DNA of 64,000 nucleotides, from NCBI GenBank assembly GCA_043228905.1, contig JBHGNT010000003.1, positions 21,266,001 through 21,330,000 of the forward strand, written 5' to 3'. Under the pieces are notes generated by a model, which was not told the origin of the DNA, searched no databases, and saw only the letters and a list, made by a program, of their open reading frames with translations. Position numbers and translations under genes: made by a program. This stretch comes from Azolla caroliniana. Its lineage: Eukaryota; Plantae; Polypodiophyta. Of the stretch, positions 24,801 through 36,259 are shown piece after piece; the stretch's first letter is position 1, and the number at the start of each line of letters is the position of its first letter.

Positions 24801-27800
24801 GTGGGACTGGCATAGGCTGAACTAGTGAACCATTACCATCAGATGGTTCAGCTTCCTTTTTTGGATAATGGGTCGGGATTGGGTAAAATACTTCTTCAGT
24901 TGATGAGATAACTTGAGAATCGTTGTTCTCAGCTAGCTGTGGTTGTTCCTCATCGAACACCACATCGCGGCTTGTCAATATCTTTCTTGCCTCTGGATCG
25001 TAGAGTCGATAGGCCTTTGACTCTTCACTATATCCGAGAAAGATACACTTTTTGCTTTTAGCATCCAACTTCTTTCTGCTCACATCTGGAATATGTGCGT
25101 AGCACATACACCCAAAGGTTCTGAAGTGCAGCACTGAAGGTTTCTTGCCTGAATAAGCTTCTTGGGGTGTTTTCCCTTGAAGTGCCTTCGTGTAGCTCCG
25201 ATTGAGGATGTAAACTGCTGTGTTCACTGCTTCAGCCCAGAATGGGTCGGGCAGCGCTTGTGCCTTCAACATACACCTAGCCATCTCGACAACTGTTCGA
25301 TTTCGACGTTCGACAACGCCATTTTGTTGTGGGGTGTAGGCAGTTGTAAGTTGGCGCTTAATTCCATGCTCTTTGCAATACTCACAGAATTCTATTGATA
25401 AGAATTCTCCACCTCGATCAGAGCGTAGCTCCTTCACTAACTTTCCAGACTCTCGCTCGACAAACTTATGCCATCTTTTGAAGATTTTAAAAGCTTCAGC
25501 CTTCTCCCGAAGGAAGTAAACCCACATCTTTCTGCTGAAGTCGTCGACTATTAGCATATAGTAGAGAGATCCACCCATTGCAGGAGTCACCATTTTTCCA
25601 GAGAGGTCAATGTGTATTAGCTGTAGAGGAGTCTTTGCCCGATTTTGACTCTCTTTTGGAATGGCTGATCTTTGATGCTTGCCCATCATACAAGCATCAC
25701 AAACATGACTTAAGTCAGATAGGGTTGGCAACCCAACTACCATATTCGACTTCTTCATCTCCTTCAACACAGCAACGTTGAGATGCCCAAATCTCTCATG
25801 CCATTGCTTTGTGTTGGTACTTGTGCTGTGGTCAGTAGAAATGGTAAACGCGCTCAGCTCATAGAGATTGTTGCGCCTCACCCCTATTCCTACAACCTTG
25901 CCAGCAGAATCTGTTATTTCTGCACCCGACTTCTTGAATCGAACATCAAGACCCTTGTCAGTCAGTGCAGAAATGGACAGTAGATTCTTCTTCAGATCTG
26001 GCACGTACAACACTTGAGAGAGATGCTTTGTCCCACCGGTCGTTGCTTTGAGGGAGACGGTTCCGGTTCCTTTGGCCGGACATCGAGCATTGTTCCCGAC
26101 CACAACATTGATGGGCTCTTGTAGAGGTGTCCAAGAACTGTACCAGTCACGATTACTGGTCATATGTCGGGATGCTCCACTATCGAGAATCCAAGACTCA
26201 TCAACAACTTGAGTGTCAACTGAAGAACACACTTCTTCAGTTGCGACCCATAACTCAAGTTCATCTACGACATTGTTAGCGGACTCGGGCTCTCTCCAAG
26301 AAGTCTTATTAGAACCATTCTTCTCATCCGCCATCTTCTTTCGACAATCCTTGATTGTGTGACCCTTCTTGTCACAGTAGAAACACGATCCATTGAACTT
26401 CTTCTTCTTCGGTATCCTATTCGCATTGTTTGAATTGGATGCCCCTTCACCCTTAGTCCTAGAGACAAATGCTGAATCTTCCCTTTCTTCTCTTGTCTTC
26501 AGCCGAAGCTCCTCTTCAAGCAGCATTGCACTTAGTTCATCAAATTTTAAAGGAGTGGGTCGAACCTAAGTGTTCAATGCTGTCACAATGCCATCATACT
26601 TGAAAGGAAGTACTCGAATGCACCGACGAGCCATATCCTCTTGAGAGACGACTACTCCAACAGCCGCCAGCTGATCTTGAAGATCCTTAATCCTTTTTAC
26701 AAAGGATTCTACTTTCTCTCCATCAGCGAGCTTCTCTGCAGCAAGCTGATTTTCGAGGTTTTGTATCCTTGTATAGTTTCTGGTCTCATACAGGCTGGCC
26801 AATATGCTCCAAGCTTCATGTGCCCTAGTTGTATGTTGCACTAGTGTTAGTACGGAGTCACATACACCAGTGACTATGGTACATAGCGCATCAGCATTCC
26901 TTCTCTTCCAGGCTCGAAGTAGATCAGCATTTGGAGGAATTGATGTGGTAGGGTGTGCAGGGTCAAAGGTTGCCATGGGCTCAGGGTCTCCCCCTGTGGG
27001 TCCCATGATTGTTTCCAACAACTCGTAGGAATCCAAAATGGCAGACATTTTGAACTTCCATAGAGTGTAGTTGGTTCCATCTAGCTTTCCATCAGACAAT
27101 GGAGGTGGGCGAATGCGCAATGGAGCAGCTGCAACATTCGTGGACAAGGCCATTGATACTCTGTCTCTCTCTCTCTCTCTCTCTCTCTATTTCTCTCTGT
27201 TGCTAGACAGCAACTACCCGTATATACCTAATCTAGATCAACCTCTTCGCTCTGATACCATATTAGAAATATTGAGAATCGAGTAGATAGGTATATAGAG
27301 TTACAACTGCAGAGATGGATATATGAAAACAGAATTTCTATTACTTATGAGAGTAGTTCAAAATGGTAGTTTTCCCATGCGCTCACACCTTAGAGCTTAG
27401 ATAGGATATGGACCGGCTCACTACAAAATTAGTGGGGACTAATGATCAATCTGACCACTGTGTGAGAAAAGTGACTTATAATCTATGTTTGGTCTTAGTA
27501 TAAATGTGCAAGTCAGTTGACAGTAGTGGAGATATTCCTTTTCTGTCAACTGACTTGTCATTTAATATGACCCAACTCCCTAGGTACAGGCTAGTGCTAG
27601 ATAATACTTATCTTGAAGTCAATGACGCATACTTCAAGACTAAGTACATCGTAACTTGCCCACAAAATATTCTAGCTGACTTGATTAGCCAATCCTTTTA
27701 TCTATTTCTCTCTTTCCTAAATATATTGTGTCCTACGCATCTACGGTTTCCTAGATTAACACCTTATCGACCCATATGGTCGAGTTGCACACTAGCCGCT

Positions 27801-30028
27801 CCTCATTTGGGGCGCTATCACAAAATGTGCACTCTAAGAGCACATATGGGGATAGATTTACAACTTGGGGCTGATCATTGATTATATCTAACATAATAGC
27901 AATGTCTAATGAACAACTCATAAAGGACGATACAATAATTCATCCAAATTCAAAGGTTTCTAGGAAAGTCTACTCAACTATTCGTAAAAGGTAATATAAT
28001 AATCCGGCTGTATGTCAAACATGCTGGAACATATATGATACAACCTAATCATCAAACTACTAAACCATCAATTTTTATCAAGCACATTGCAACAGATATC
28101 ATACTACATATTATATATGCATTAATAAGTTGAGACAGCTTGCCTCGGAACAAGGAGGGCAATCTCCATTGCAGCAACGGCGTTTGCACGGGTGGCGTTT
28201 ACAATCTCTCCATCGTTGGCATTTCCTCTCACATTGCAAATCTTGATGACAAGGGACCTGCAATTAAAAAACCAATTCCTACAACTAGCTCATAAATAGA
28301 GGAATGAACCATAATGCACCACAATTCATGAATTCTAAAGGGGAAAAGCCTATTTGCAAAACATCAATTAATCAAATGCTACAATAAAATCGTAAATAGA
28401 GGAGTAAATCTATAATGCACCGCAATTTATCTAATCATAAAATCCTGCATAGATAGAGGAATAAATCCATAATGCAGCACCATGATTTAATCAACTGTAA
28501 ATGCCTGCATTTTACCACAACTAGATCATAAAATAGAGGAACAAATATGTAATGCACCACAAGTTAATAGATTCAAAAAATCCAATATGTTACAACTATA
28601 TCATCAATAGAGAATAAAACAGTGATGCAATCCAATTTAGTGCATTAAATGAGGCTACATCTTACAAAAGGTAAAACACTATTTTAGAGTAGCATCAATG
28701 GATACCTCTTTCTTCAAGCTCCCACATCGGCATATTTTCAATGTCATGACTCTGCAAATGGATTTGCAATCTCCAACATGGCATCTCTCTTGACAGCGAT
28801 GTAAAGAACATGACAACAACTTCTCACATGTTGAGCCACATGTAGGTGCCACAGCATCACATGGCATATCTTTATAAGACAGTTTTCCACATGGACATTT
28901 TTGTCGGCCTTGGAGCTCACAATCCCCACAAGATCCACTATGACAAACTTTCTTACACCAATGCTTCTTACAAGGAAGTGGTTTATCACATGACTGCTCG
29001 CACGAGAAATCAGATTCTGAACATGCACGAACATTCTCTATCCGACCACATCTACATTTATGTGATCCACTTTTCTTACAAGGAGGGCAATCCTCAGCAT
29101 GACAAACCTCTTCACAGACATGGATTCCACATACAAGGTCATTCCCACATCTTTCTCCACATGAGAACTGCTTATGTCCACATCGGCGGACATCAGTCAT
29201 TCGTCTGCAGTGGCAACTGGTCTTCACAAACTGAGGGCAAGGTGGGCATTTACCCGGGTGGCAGAGGAGCTTACAATGGTGTCCACAACCTTTTGACAAG
29301 ATCCGTCCATCGGATGATGTCCGGCCATCAGATGATAACTGCCCATCCAATGACAATGCCCTCCCACATATTTGCCCACACGAATGAGGTGTTAGCCATG
29401 GATCAACGAGAGGATCAATGACTTTCCCACAGTAGCACAAAGATTCTCGAGGAATCTCGACTTGACTATATGTAATCCGGCATTTCGGACAATGCCAAGT
29501 GACCTCAAGTTGCACATTGGGGAAACTTTCTTGTGATAACCGAGATCTAGCTCTTTCTATCATGGATTTACATGCTTCATTCGCCCATGCTTGAATGCAA
29601 ATGAGATGATAAATTGCATGACAACCCATTGTACAATGCCATATAGGATCAATATTTCTTACCTTTTCTAGGCATATGAGGCAAGACATAGCTTTGAGCT
29701 TTGACGCGACAAGAAGGTCTCGGATTTTTGAGAGTGCGGGTTCCGAATAAGGAGAATTTCCTTCAGAGAATACATCTTTGTTATGAAGCGTTGTTTCTCC
29801 ATAGCCATTGAGTATGTTGGATTCTAGGGTTAGAACAGAGGCATAGAGTTGTCGATGGCTTGATCCATTATAATTATCATTACCTTCATCTTCTTCTTCA
29901 TCATCATCTTCTTCATAGCTATGGTCTATGCCTTCTTCTTCTTCTTCTTCTTCTTCATCCGACAAATTGTGGGCACTCCTGAGATCTGGGAAAGCTTGTT
30001 TGTTGTCCAGTGGCCATCTCTGATGCAT
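15864..30028 (-). CDS. NFXL2: NF-X1-type zinc finger protein NFXL2 (acidic N-terminus, RING/PHD-like finger, many NF-X1 fingers, C-terminal TM helix)
   Basis: Exons: 30028-28706, 28257-28144 (GC donor), 21445-21390, 20546-20480, 20402-20310, 20235-20150, 19713-19548, 19462-19268, 19071-18881, 17525-17444, 17182-~16979, 16587-16510, 16028-15864. Motifs include [20 protein letters not shown], repeated CGxHxCxxxCHxGxC fingers, LACDDDC and a hydrophobic TM segment ([18 protein letters not shown]). Confidence 0.93.
16804..16920. mobile_element. Short degenerate MULE-type MITE related to the 8475 element
   Basis: Imperfect inverted ends GGATAGTTTACCAGAATACCCCTAATTTTCC / GGAAAACTGAGGAGTATCCTGTTAAGTATCC. 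Shares the TACCAGAATACCCC motif with the 8475 TIR. Confidence 0.5.
22432..23064 (-). repeat. 3' LTR of copia element
   Basis: Direct repeat of 27261-27893 with no mismatch seen by eye. Termini are TGTTAGA...TCTAATA on the element strand. Confidence 0.95.
23059..26565 (-). CDS. Copia polyprotein: gag C-terminus/zinc knuckle, protease, integrase, reverse transcriptase, RNase H
   Basis: Open frame (1155-aa ORF from 26526): [70 protein letters not shown]. The stop lies inside the 3' LTR (TGT TAG). Confidence 0.95.
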   Translation of the reverse strand, partial: VRPTPLKFDELSAMLLEEELRLKTREEREDSAFVSRTKGEGASNSNNANRIPKKKKFNGSCFYCDKKGHTIKDCRKKMADEKNGSNKTSWREPESANNVVDELELWVATEEVCSSVDTQVVDESWILDSGASRHMTSNRDWYSSWTPLQEPINVVVGNNARCPAKGTGTVSLKATTGGTKHLSQVLYVPDLKKNLLSISALTDKGLDVRFKKSGAEITDSAGKVVGIGVRRNNLYELSAFTISTDHSTSTNTKQWHERFGHLNVAVLKEMKKSNMVVGLPTLSDLSHVCDACMMGKHQRSAIPKESQNRAKTPLQLIHIDLSGKMVTPAMGGSLYYMLIVDDFSRKMWVYFLREKAEAFKIFKRWHKFVERESGKLVKELRSDRGGEFLSIEFCEYCKEHGIKRQLTTAYTPQQNGVVERRNRTVVEMARCMLKAQALPDPFWAEAVNTAVYILNRSYTKALQGKTPQEAYSGKKPSVLHFRTFGCMCYAHIPDVSRKKLDAKSKKCIFLGYSEESKAYRLYDPEARKILTSRDVVFDEEQPQLAENNDSQVISSTEEVFYPIPTHYPKKEAEPSDGNGSLVQPMPVPHVKKIPKWAQQLFNDPTPKVEFPETSTDGLRRSRRIQEQGRTSDHIVNMALMVDIIGSVSEPTSVEEAMADPKWKEAMISEYDSIMKNDTWELVERPTKKKVIGTKWVWKVKYKADGSLEKFKARLVAQGYSQIEGFDVQETFAPTARMTTIRMVIALAASRGWPIYQMDVKSAFLNGHLKEEVYVTQPPGFEIPNSENKVCKLKKALYGLKQAPRAWNKRIDSFLQSIDFKQCASDASMYVKMKDGKQVIIIIYVDDLVLTGDHEECIGQTQECLKTEFEMTDLGILHYFLGIEVWQTSVGIFMSQRKYATEILKTFGMMDSKSKSTPMESTCKLSQEDSSPMVDIRKYRQLVGSLIFLCNTRPDICFAVNVMSRFSNKPKETHWKAALRVLKYIVGTLNYGIFYKPTIDQLSGYCDSDWAGDSDSRKSVSGYCFSIGSGAVSWSSKKQPTVALSSTEAEYKAACIAACEVVWLRRILMDVAVPIRTATVLRCDNQSCMAIAKNPVFHARTKHIEIQYHYVRELINDEIVELEYCPTSENAADIFTKALGAEQLQQHLRRLGVGPIPSELNGLIIEGAC
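23065..23075 (-). other. Polypurine tract
   Basis: TTGAGGGGGCG immediately upstream of the 3' LTR. Confidence 0.8.
26566..27153 (-). CDS. Copia gag N-terminal part, in frame with pol but ended by a TAG
   Basis: [16 protein letters not shown]...Y copia-gag signature. The TAG at 26568-26566 is in the same frame as the downstream polyprotein. Confidence 0.88.
   Translation of the reverse strand: MALSTNVAAAPLRIRPPPLSDGKLDGTNYTLWKFKMSAILDSYELLETIMGPTGGDPEPMATFDPAHPTTSIPPNADLLRAWKRRNADALCTIVTGVCDSVLTLVQHTTRAHEAWSILASLYETRNYTRIQNLENQLAAEKLADGEKVESFVKRIKDLQDQLAAVGVVVSQEDMARRCIRVLPFKYDGIVTALNT
27249..27260 (-). other. Primer-binding site (tRNA-iMet)
   Basis: TGGTATCAGAGC directly abutting the 5' LTR. 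Confidence 0.92.
27261..27893 (-). repeat. 5' LTR of copia element
   Basis: Apparently identical to 22432-23064. Confidence 0.95.
28290..28640. repeat. Degenerate minisatellite (~60-bp units) in NFXL2 intron 1
   Basis: Recurring AAATAGAGGA..ATAATGCACC(A/G)CAA motif, about 5 copies. Confidence 0.65.
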
Positions 30029-32399
30029 CTCTCTTGTCTCTCTCTGTCTGTCTGTCTGTCTCACTCACTCCTCCTAGATATAGATTATACATACATACAT
30101 ACATACATACATACATACATGTGGGGTTTGAATCCTTGTCTACAGACCACAATTGGCACTTTCTTGATTTGGAGTCTACAGATTCTCTTCTCTTTCAAGA
30201 GAGTTGTCGATCACTTTCCGGGGGCACTTTGGCGATGTTACCAACGATATTGGCATCTAATAGCAAGATAAGAAAACCCGGAATTCTAATCTGGAGAGAT
30301 GTGCATGTAGCATGTCGCATTATTACATACAATCCGAGTCATACCTAGGTGTAACTTTCTGATATTGTACTAAATTCTAATGATAAGTAATTATTAACGA
30401 GAAGAATGGATTAAGGATCTTTGACCATTGCCATCACTTCAAAGTAAAGGACATTAGATGAATGCAAAACCACATCGTCATTGAATATGGCCTTACTTTT
30501 TACTTGGAAGTCAACCAATCAACGAATTAGAATGCGAGAGCTTTGCCTCGTTGGTAAAATCATGACAATATATTTCAAAAGGGGTAGCTAGTCCCCCTTC
30601 ATGTAGTTGAAATCCTTAACCTCCAAGATTGTCATTTATTCCTACTTGTTCCAAGTCCTTATTGGTTTGTCTTCAGTTTTAGGATAATCGGTTTCCCACT
30701 TCTCCAACCATTAGAATTAGCCTTTAGAATCAATTCATAGCGTTATGCTTATACCATACTCCCCATTATCAATATGTTGCACTCTTACAATGACAAATAT
30801 GAAACAAGGACATTATGTTTAAGAACGCGCTCTTCCTCTCGAGTGGCATCATGCTTGATTGAATTCAACCATTTTTCTTTCAAAATTCTCAAAAGGGATG
30901 TCGTATCAACAAAGTTTTTTGGATGGTATGTCAAAAAAGAGGATAAGTATTCCCCTTTATATAGTTGAACACCTCATGCTCCTAGATCGCCGCATGCTTC
31001 CATGTGCTTGAGATACTTAAGGGTTTGTCTCAAGTCCTAGGATACTTCCTTTCCCACTTATCTTGCTCTTAAACCCAGAAGATGTAAAATTAACCAATTT
31101 CTTGTCACATCACAAGTGTGGAAATCAACTGGAATGTTTTGGAACATGACCTTGATAAGAATATAAAATGATGTAACTCGTTATAATTTCGCCTCAAAAA
31201 GAACAACTATTCTCCATCACTATCAATAGCGTAGAACACATTATGAGAGATGTGAAGGGAGGTTGGTTGCTTTGTTACATGTATGCCAATGACCTCTTCT
31301 CCATAAGTCGTACTACCAATGTCAAGAGGAGATCACATTGGTCCAGTCCCAACATAGCTAGTTGAAGGGTAAGGTACATCCACTCAAACAACATGGGAAG
31401 GTCGAATGACTGTGGCCATGCCAATCCACTTCTTTTCTTTTCTTATTGGGTTGCTCACAATTGTCTAGCTTTTGCTACCAACTCCCCCATCAGGTTGTCT
31501 TACTTTATCGTAGCCAATAAGTAGCGCCAATTGTATTCATCGCATAGATGAAGTAGCAGGTTCATCCACCACCTTCATTCTTCCCCTCAAACAAGCAACT
31601 TCCATCTTATTATCCATGTTTGTTCATCAAGAAGGACTAGAGTTAGTTTTCCAATAAGATTCAAGCTACAATTTCAAACAACACCTTTCCTTCTTCTTCT
31701 TTTTTGAATAAAGATTGGTCTTGGTGTTAATGGAAAGATGCCCAAAGGCGACAAAGAATCCATGCAGTAAAATATAACCCTCATACCCACATTAACCAAT
31801 ATAACACCTTTCCTTTATGAAGCACAACCAAAGTTCTTCTTTTGAACTTTCAAGAAGGCATGACTATTCATCGATTATTATATGATAATCTTTAACATGG
31901 CTCAAATTGTAGAAAGAATTGAATAGTACAATTTTGAAATCCAAAATTTTAGAAGGATCATGCAAGAAGGCAATATCATATTGTGGCTACAATATGTGAA
32001 TCCAACAAAGCAAATCAACACTTTTCTTTTTACTTCAAAGCAATCAAAATGACAATCTTTATGAATCATTGGAAAGTGTTTCATGATCATTATTAGAAAC
32101 GAATGGAGAAGCGATAGAACGTCCGAAACCGCATATTGGATTATTCTAGTGCCATACAACCTCTGTCGGAGTAGCCTATTACGCTTCGTAAGATCTAAAA
32201 TTATCATCCAAACCTCACGGAAAAAGTTGTATGATTTGGGTGCCTCGTCAACAAGCACGGGTTACTCAAGTTACCCAAAATTTAGATAGATAGATAGATA
32301 GATTATATTATCGTCTTCGGAGCTCAAATATGACCTATTAGACCAAAAATATTACATTTCACGTGATACGTGTGAAAGTGAGTAGTGACTCTCGATGTT

Positions 32400-32615
32400 C
32401 AAGAAGAGGCAAAGTCGGGTTATCGGTGACAATAGAAGAAGGGGGCAAAGTAGTTGGGTTATCTATCGGTGATAGAAGAAGTGGGGCAGAGCTAGGGTAC
32501 TGGTTAGAAGAGGCAATAGAAGAGGCAAAGTCGAGTTATCGATGACAATAGAAGAAGGGGGCAAAGTAGTTGGGTTATCTATTAGTGACAAAAGAAGTGG
32601 GGCAGAGCCAGGTTA
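32400..32615. repeat. ~117-bp tandem duplication in the NFXL2/GK intergenic region
   Basis: AGAAGAGGCAAAGTCG(G/A)GTTATCG..GACAATAGAAGAAGGGGGCAAAGTAGTTGGGTTATCT occurs twice. Confidence 0.8.
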
Positions 32616-32774
32616 CTAGTGGCAGAGGCTAGTCCGGGGCCAAGTTACTAGCAAAAGGCAGGTGCATGCGTGTTTCTAGATAAAGATCTGACGGTGCAGA
32701 TCGCATATGGCCACCATTCCCCCTCTCGCCAGGAACCAGGAAGGCCACATTATATGCGTTGGTAGCGGATTCTC

Positions 32775-33003
32775 ACGAGCATAACATTAGCGTAGAAGGC
32801 CTCAATTATACGATTGGGTAGCAAAAACACTTAGTATCGTAACATTAGCATAACATTAGCATGGAAGGCCTGAATTATATGATTTGGTAGCAGCAGAAAT
32901 ACTTGGGACCATAACATTAGCATAACATTAGTATAGAAGGCCTGACTGAATTATATGATTTGGTAGCAGCAAAAAATATGTAGTGAGGAGCATAACATTA
33001 GCA
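32775..33003. repeat. ~70-bp tandem repeats with GCATAACATTA subunits directly upstream of the GK ATG
   Basis: About 3.5 copies of CATAACATTAG..GAAGGCCT..AATTATA(C/T)GATT(G/T)GGTAGCA. Confidence 0.8.
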
Positions 33004-33118
33004 TATATACATTAACATTACATTAACAGATTTATCCGAATATGGTTTGATTCTGCTGCTGCAGACAATACATATATATGCATGTACTTATTAAAGTCAT
33101 TTGGGGAAGGAAAAGGAA

Positions 33119-36100
33119 ATGATGGTTCGTCTTCTATGTAGCAGCAGCAGCAGCAGCCTGTGGAGGAGCTATTCATCATCTCTGTGTAGCCATGGCCATG
33201 GCGGCAGGAGCATTCTCCTCTCTCCTCTAGCCTCTCGTGGTGGCTTCTCATCTCAATACAACAGGATCCCTTGTCCCCCCCCTCCCCTTCCTCCTCTTCT
33301 TCTACGCCGCAAGGCAGTGCCGCCCTGCTCCCTCTATTGCAGCAGTATCAGTGAAGAGATCAAGACCATGGAGAGATTCATAGATGGAAGCAACAATATC
33401 GATTCCCCCCAGGTGCTCCTTTTGCAACCTTTTTTCCTGTTTTACTATGTTTCGCGTTTTTTGATAGTTCTCTAATTTAATAAATGGAATTATAATCTTT
33501 ATATGCTTTTCTGTTTTCAAGAAGTGTTTCAAAAGGAGTAGATCGTGTCTCTGAGAGGCAATGCTAATAAGAATTCAATCAAGAAAATAAACATATGTAA
33601 TATAAATCCATTTATATAACTGACTTCATAATGTTATGTTATGGGTTTTCTTTGTTCAAAGAAGATATTTGGCTATAAACGCAAATATACATACAATATC
33701 TAAATTGTATGTATGTACATATCGGGCTTCCTATATTATGATATGATATGGGCTTATTTCATCTGTTTGAAGAAGAATTCTGATGGCAAGAAGAGTATAG
33801 TGTCCTGGCAATGAACCAGAAAAGAGTCTTTTTGAATCCTCATAGTATGTATGTGTGCCAGCCTTAAGTGTCATGGTGTGCCATTTTCCCTCCCTATATT
33901 TTAAGAAGAGCTTTGATGGATAAGAAGTGTATGATATGTTTAGCAAAAGAATATCAAAGAAACTAATACATGTATGACTAGAGGAGATAGACATAGACGC
34001 CACAAGAAGAAGAAGAAGATGAAGAAGAATTGAGTATTATTGAAAGAAGAGATGATGAAGTTGGAGGAAGATGCAAGTTCTAGTATCATATATGGCAAAA
34101 CACCTCCATTACTAGAGGAGATATGTTTATAAAATATAATAGAGTAGATTTTTTCTGCCCATGAGGAGCCAAAATTTGACCTATGGAAGCAAATAAACAT
34201 ATCATATTGTATGTGATTCCTTCCTAAGATTGGGGGTTATTACTCTGTAGTAGAAACTTCCTATATGAAAATAATGTATGCACATATGTGCTCACCCTTC
34301 CTAGTGGAGATTTGAGTACGATACTTAAATTATCATCCCCATCTAACAAGTCATCATATTTCTCGTGAATTACCTTATGTGCCTAGCATGCGAGAAGTAA
34401 GATACATTCATCTGCCACTAGGTTTTCAGTATGAGCAAGTACAAAGAAATGTTAGGGCTCCTTGAGAGCCAAGGCTCACAGGGTAATCGTGCCACATTAT
34501 CCTTAGCGCCTCTAGTAATCTATCCTCGATGATTGCAATATTCATAGAATCACCTGAAAGCTCTAATGGATCTTCTATTCCCCATCAATTAGGTGAATCT
34601 TTAGGTGTTCTTGTATATCATTATAAGCATATATCTGTGCACACACACACACACACACACTCTTTCTTTAGCTCCATCACTCCTAATGCTAGAAGTCAAC
34701 CCCAGGATATGGAAATGGGATCCAGACCAGGATATAACAAAGGGGTTACAATTGATCGGGCAATGGCAATTTGCCGTGCACGTAGGCCCCGGCCCCATGG
34801 ACCACGACCTCGACACCCTTGTCATCGACAGATAAAAGCCATTATCTCCTGCCATCGTAGGTGTTTCCCTCGCTTCGGAGACATTTCCATTATGGATTGA
34901 CCTATGATAGAGATCTTTCGAAGACAAAAGCTACAATATACCTAACTTGAGAATCTCACATGTGCCAAAAACCAGATTCTCTGGTCTCTTTTCTTTTCAT
35001 CTTATTTACTTTTATATTTACTGTGTAATATTTACTTTATTTTGATTTGTTCTCAAAGATGAGAAAACACTTAAGATGTAATCTCTTTTGGTCTTATAGG
35101 CCATTTTGGCCTCTTAAAAGACGTTAATATATCTTTCTTTCTATATATATATATGTATATATATATATTTATTGATACCAAGATGTAGTTCAGGAACATA
35201 AAATTCACCCCCCCCCCCCCCCACAACAACAACAACAAATATGTTTTATGAGTGAAGGAGGGTATTGACACATGATGGAATGATGTTTAGGAATTGAAAT
35301 TATGTGTAGGATTTGATTCTAAGAGAGGTTGAAGCAGCATTAGATTCACCTCTTGGGACTGGTCCTCAAGCACCTGCGAAAAAACCATTGGTGGTGGTCA
35401 TCAGTGGACCGAGCGGAGTTGGTAAAGATGCAGTTATCAATGTAAGCCATTATTAATTTCTTACAACTTTGAAATAATTTTGCATACATTTGAGATGCAA
35501 ATTTAGTTTGAGAAAGGAAATGGAATGTCATGTTAATTTTTCTAGAAGGTAAGGCAAAAATGCTGTCTGATATATGAGAGGAAGAGAGTGATGGCTCATG
35601 TATATCCATAGAGACTCCAAGCAGAGAGGAAGGAGATTCATTTTGTGGTGACAGCTACAACTCGAGCTAAACGACCTGGAGAAATCGATGGCAAGGACTA
35701 CTTTTTCCTTTCAAAGGAGCAGTTTGAATCAATGATAAAGAATGAGGAGCTTCTAGAGTATGCAATTGTCTATGGGGATTTCAAGGGTATACCCAAGCAA
35801 CAGGTTTAGATATATACTTTATTTCATTAAACTATACTTGATATATCCTCATGGACTTGCATGTAGTATTTTGTACCTTTTTATGCTGTGTTATCACAAT
35901 GAAGAAACGCGACTTTACAGGTTCGGGATTGCCTTGCCAAAGGTTTCGATGTGGTGCTCCGGGTCGATGTTCAAGGAGCTGCGACCATTCGATCTATTAT
36001 GGGAAAAAGCGCAGTTTTTATCTTTTTAGTTGCTGAGAGTGAAACAGCCCTTGTAAAGAGGCTTGTTGAGAGGAAAACTGAGACGAGGGAGAAGTTATTA

Positions 36101-36259
36101 GTCCGGATTGCCACTGCTAGAGAGGAACTTAAGAGAATGGAAGAATTTGACTATGTGGTCGTCAATGCAGATGGCCAATTGGAAAAAACAGCGTCATTAA
36201 TTAGCCACATTATTGATGCTGAAAAAGCACGTGTACACCAAAAAGAGGTGGGATTATGA
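33119..36259 (+). CDS. GK3: Guanylate kinase, organellar (plastid/mitochondrial) type
   Basis: Exons 33119-33412 (Ser/Arg-rich transit-like peptide), 35310-35441 ([17 protein letters not shown]-loop), 35612-35803 ([30 protein letters not shown]), 35921-36259 ([17 protein letters not shown]). All introns are phase-0 GT-AG. Confidence 0.93.
34661..35141 (+). mobile_element. 5'-truncated LINE 3' end (family A) in GK intron 1
   Basis: Near-identical to 53290-53776. Ends GGCCATTTTGGCCTCTTAAAAGACGTTAATATATCTTTCTTTC and is flanked by (CA)n and (TA)n. Confidence 0.85.

Larger units (their letters stand above)
22432..27893 (-). mobile_element. Full-length Ty1/copia LTR retrotransposon (5462 bp) in NFXL2 intron 2
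   Basis: Two 633-bp LTRs, 5-bp TSD TAATA (22427-22431, 27894-27898), PBS, PPT, and gag-PR-INT-RT-RH domain order. Confidence 0.97.

Noticed and set aside
23315-25983. Multiple + strand ORFs opposite copia pol (similar ones occur opposite NFXL2 exon 1 and the last RME-8-like exon)
   Set aside because: Antisense shadows of real coding frames.
30640-30710. G-patch-like reading (GWRSGKPI..GLG)
   Set aside because: Contains a stop and has wrong spacing; the alternative frame matching 31020-31070 explains it better.
34421-34482. AG...GT-bounded candidate extra GK exon
   Set aside because: Exon 1 joins the 35310 exon in phase 0 and gives the expected protein; this piece would shift the frame.
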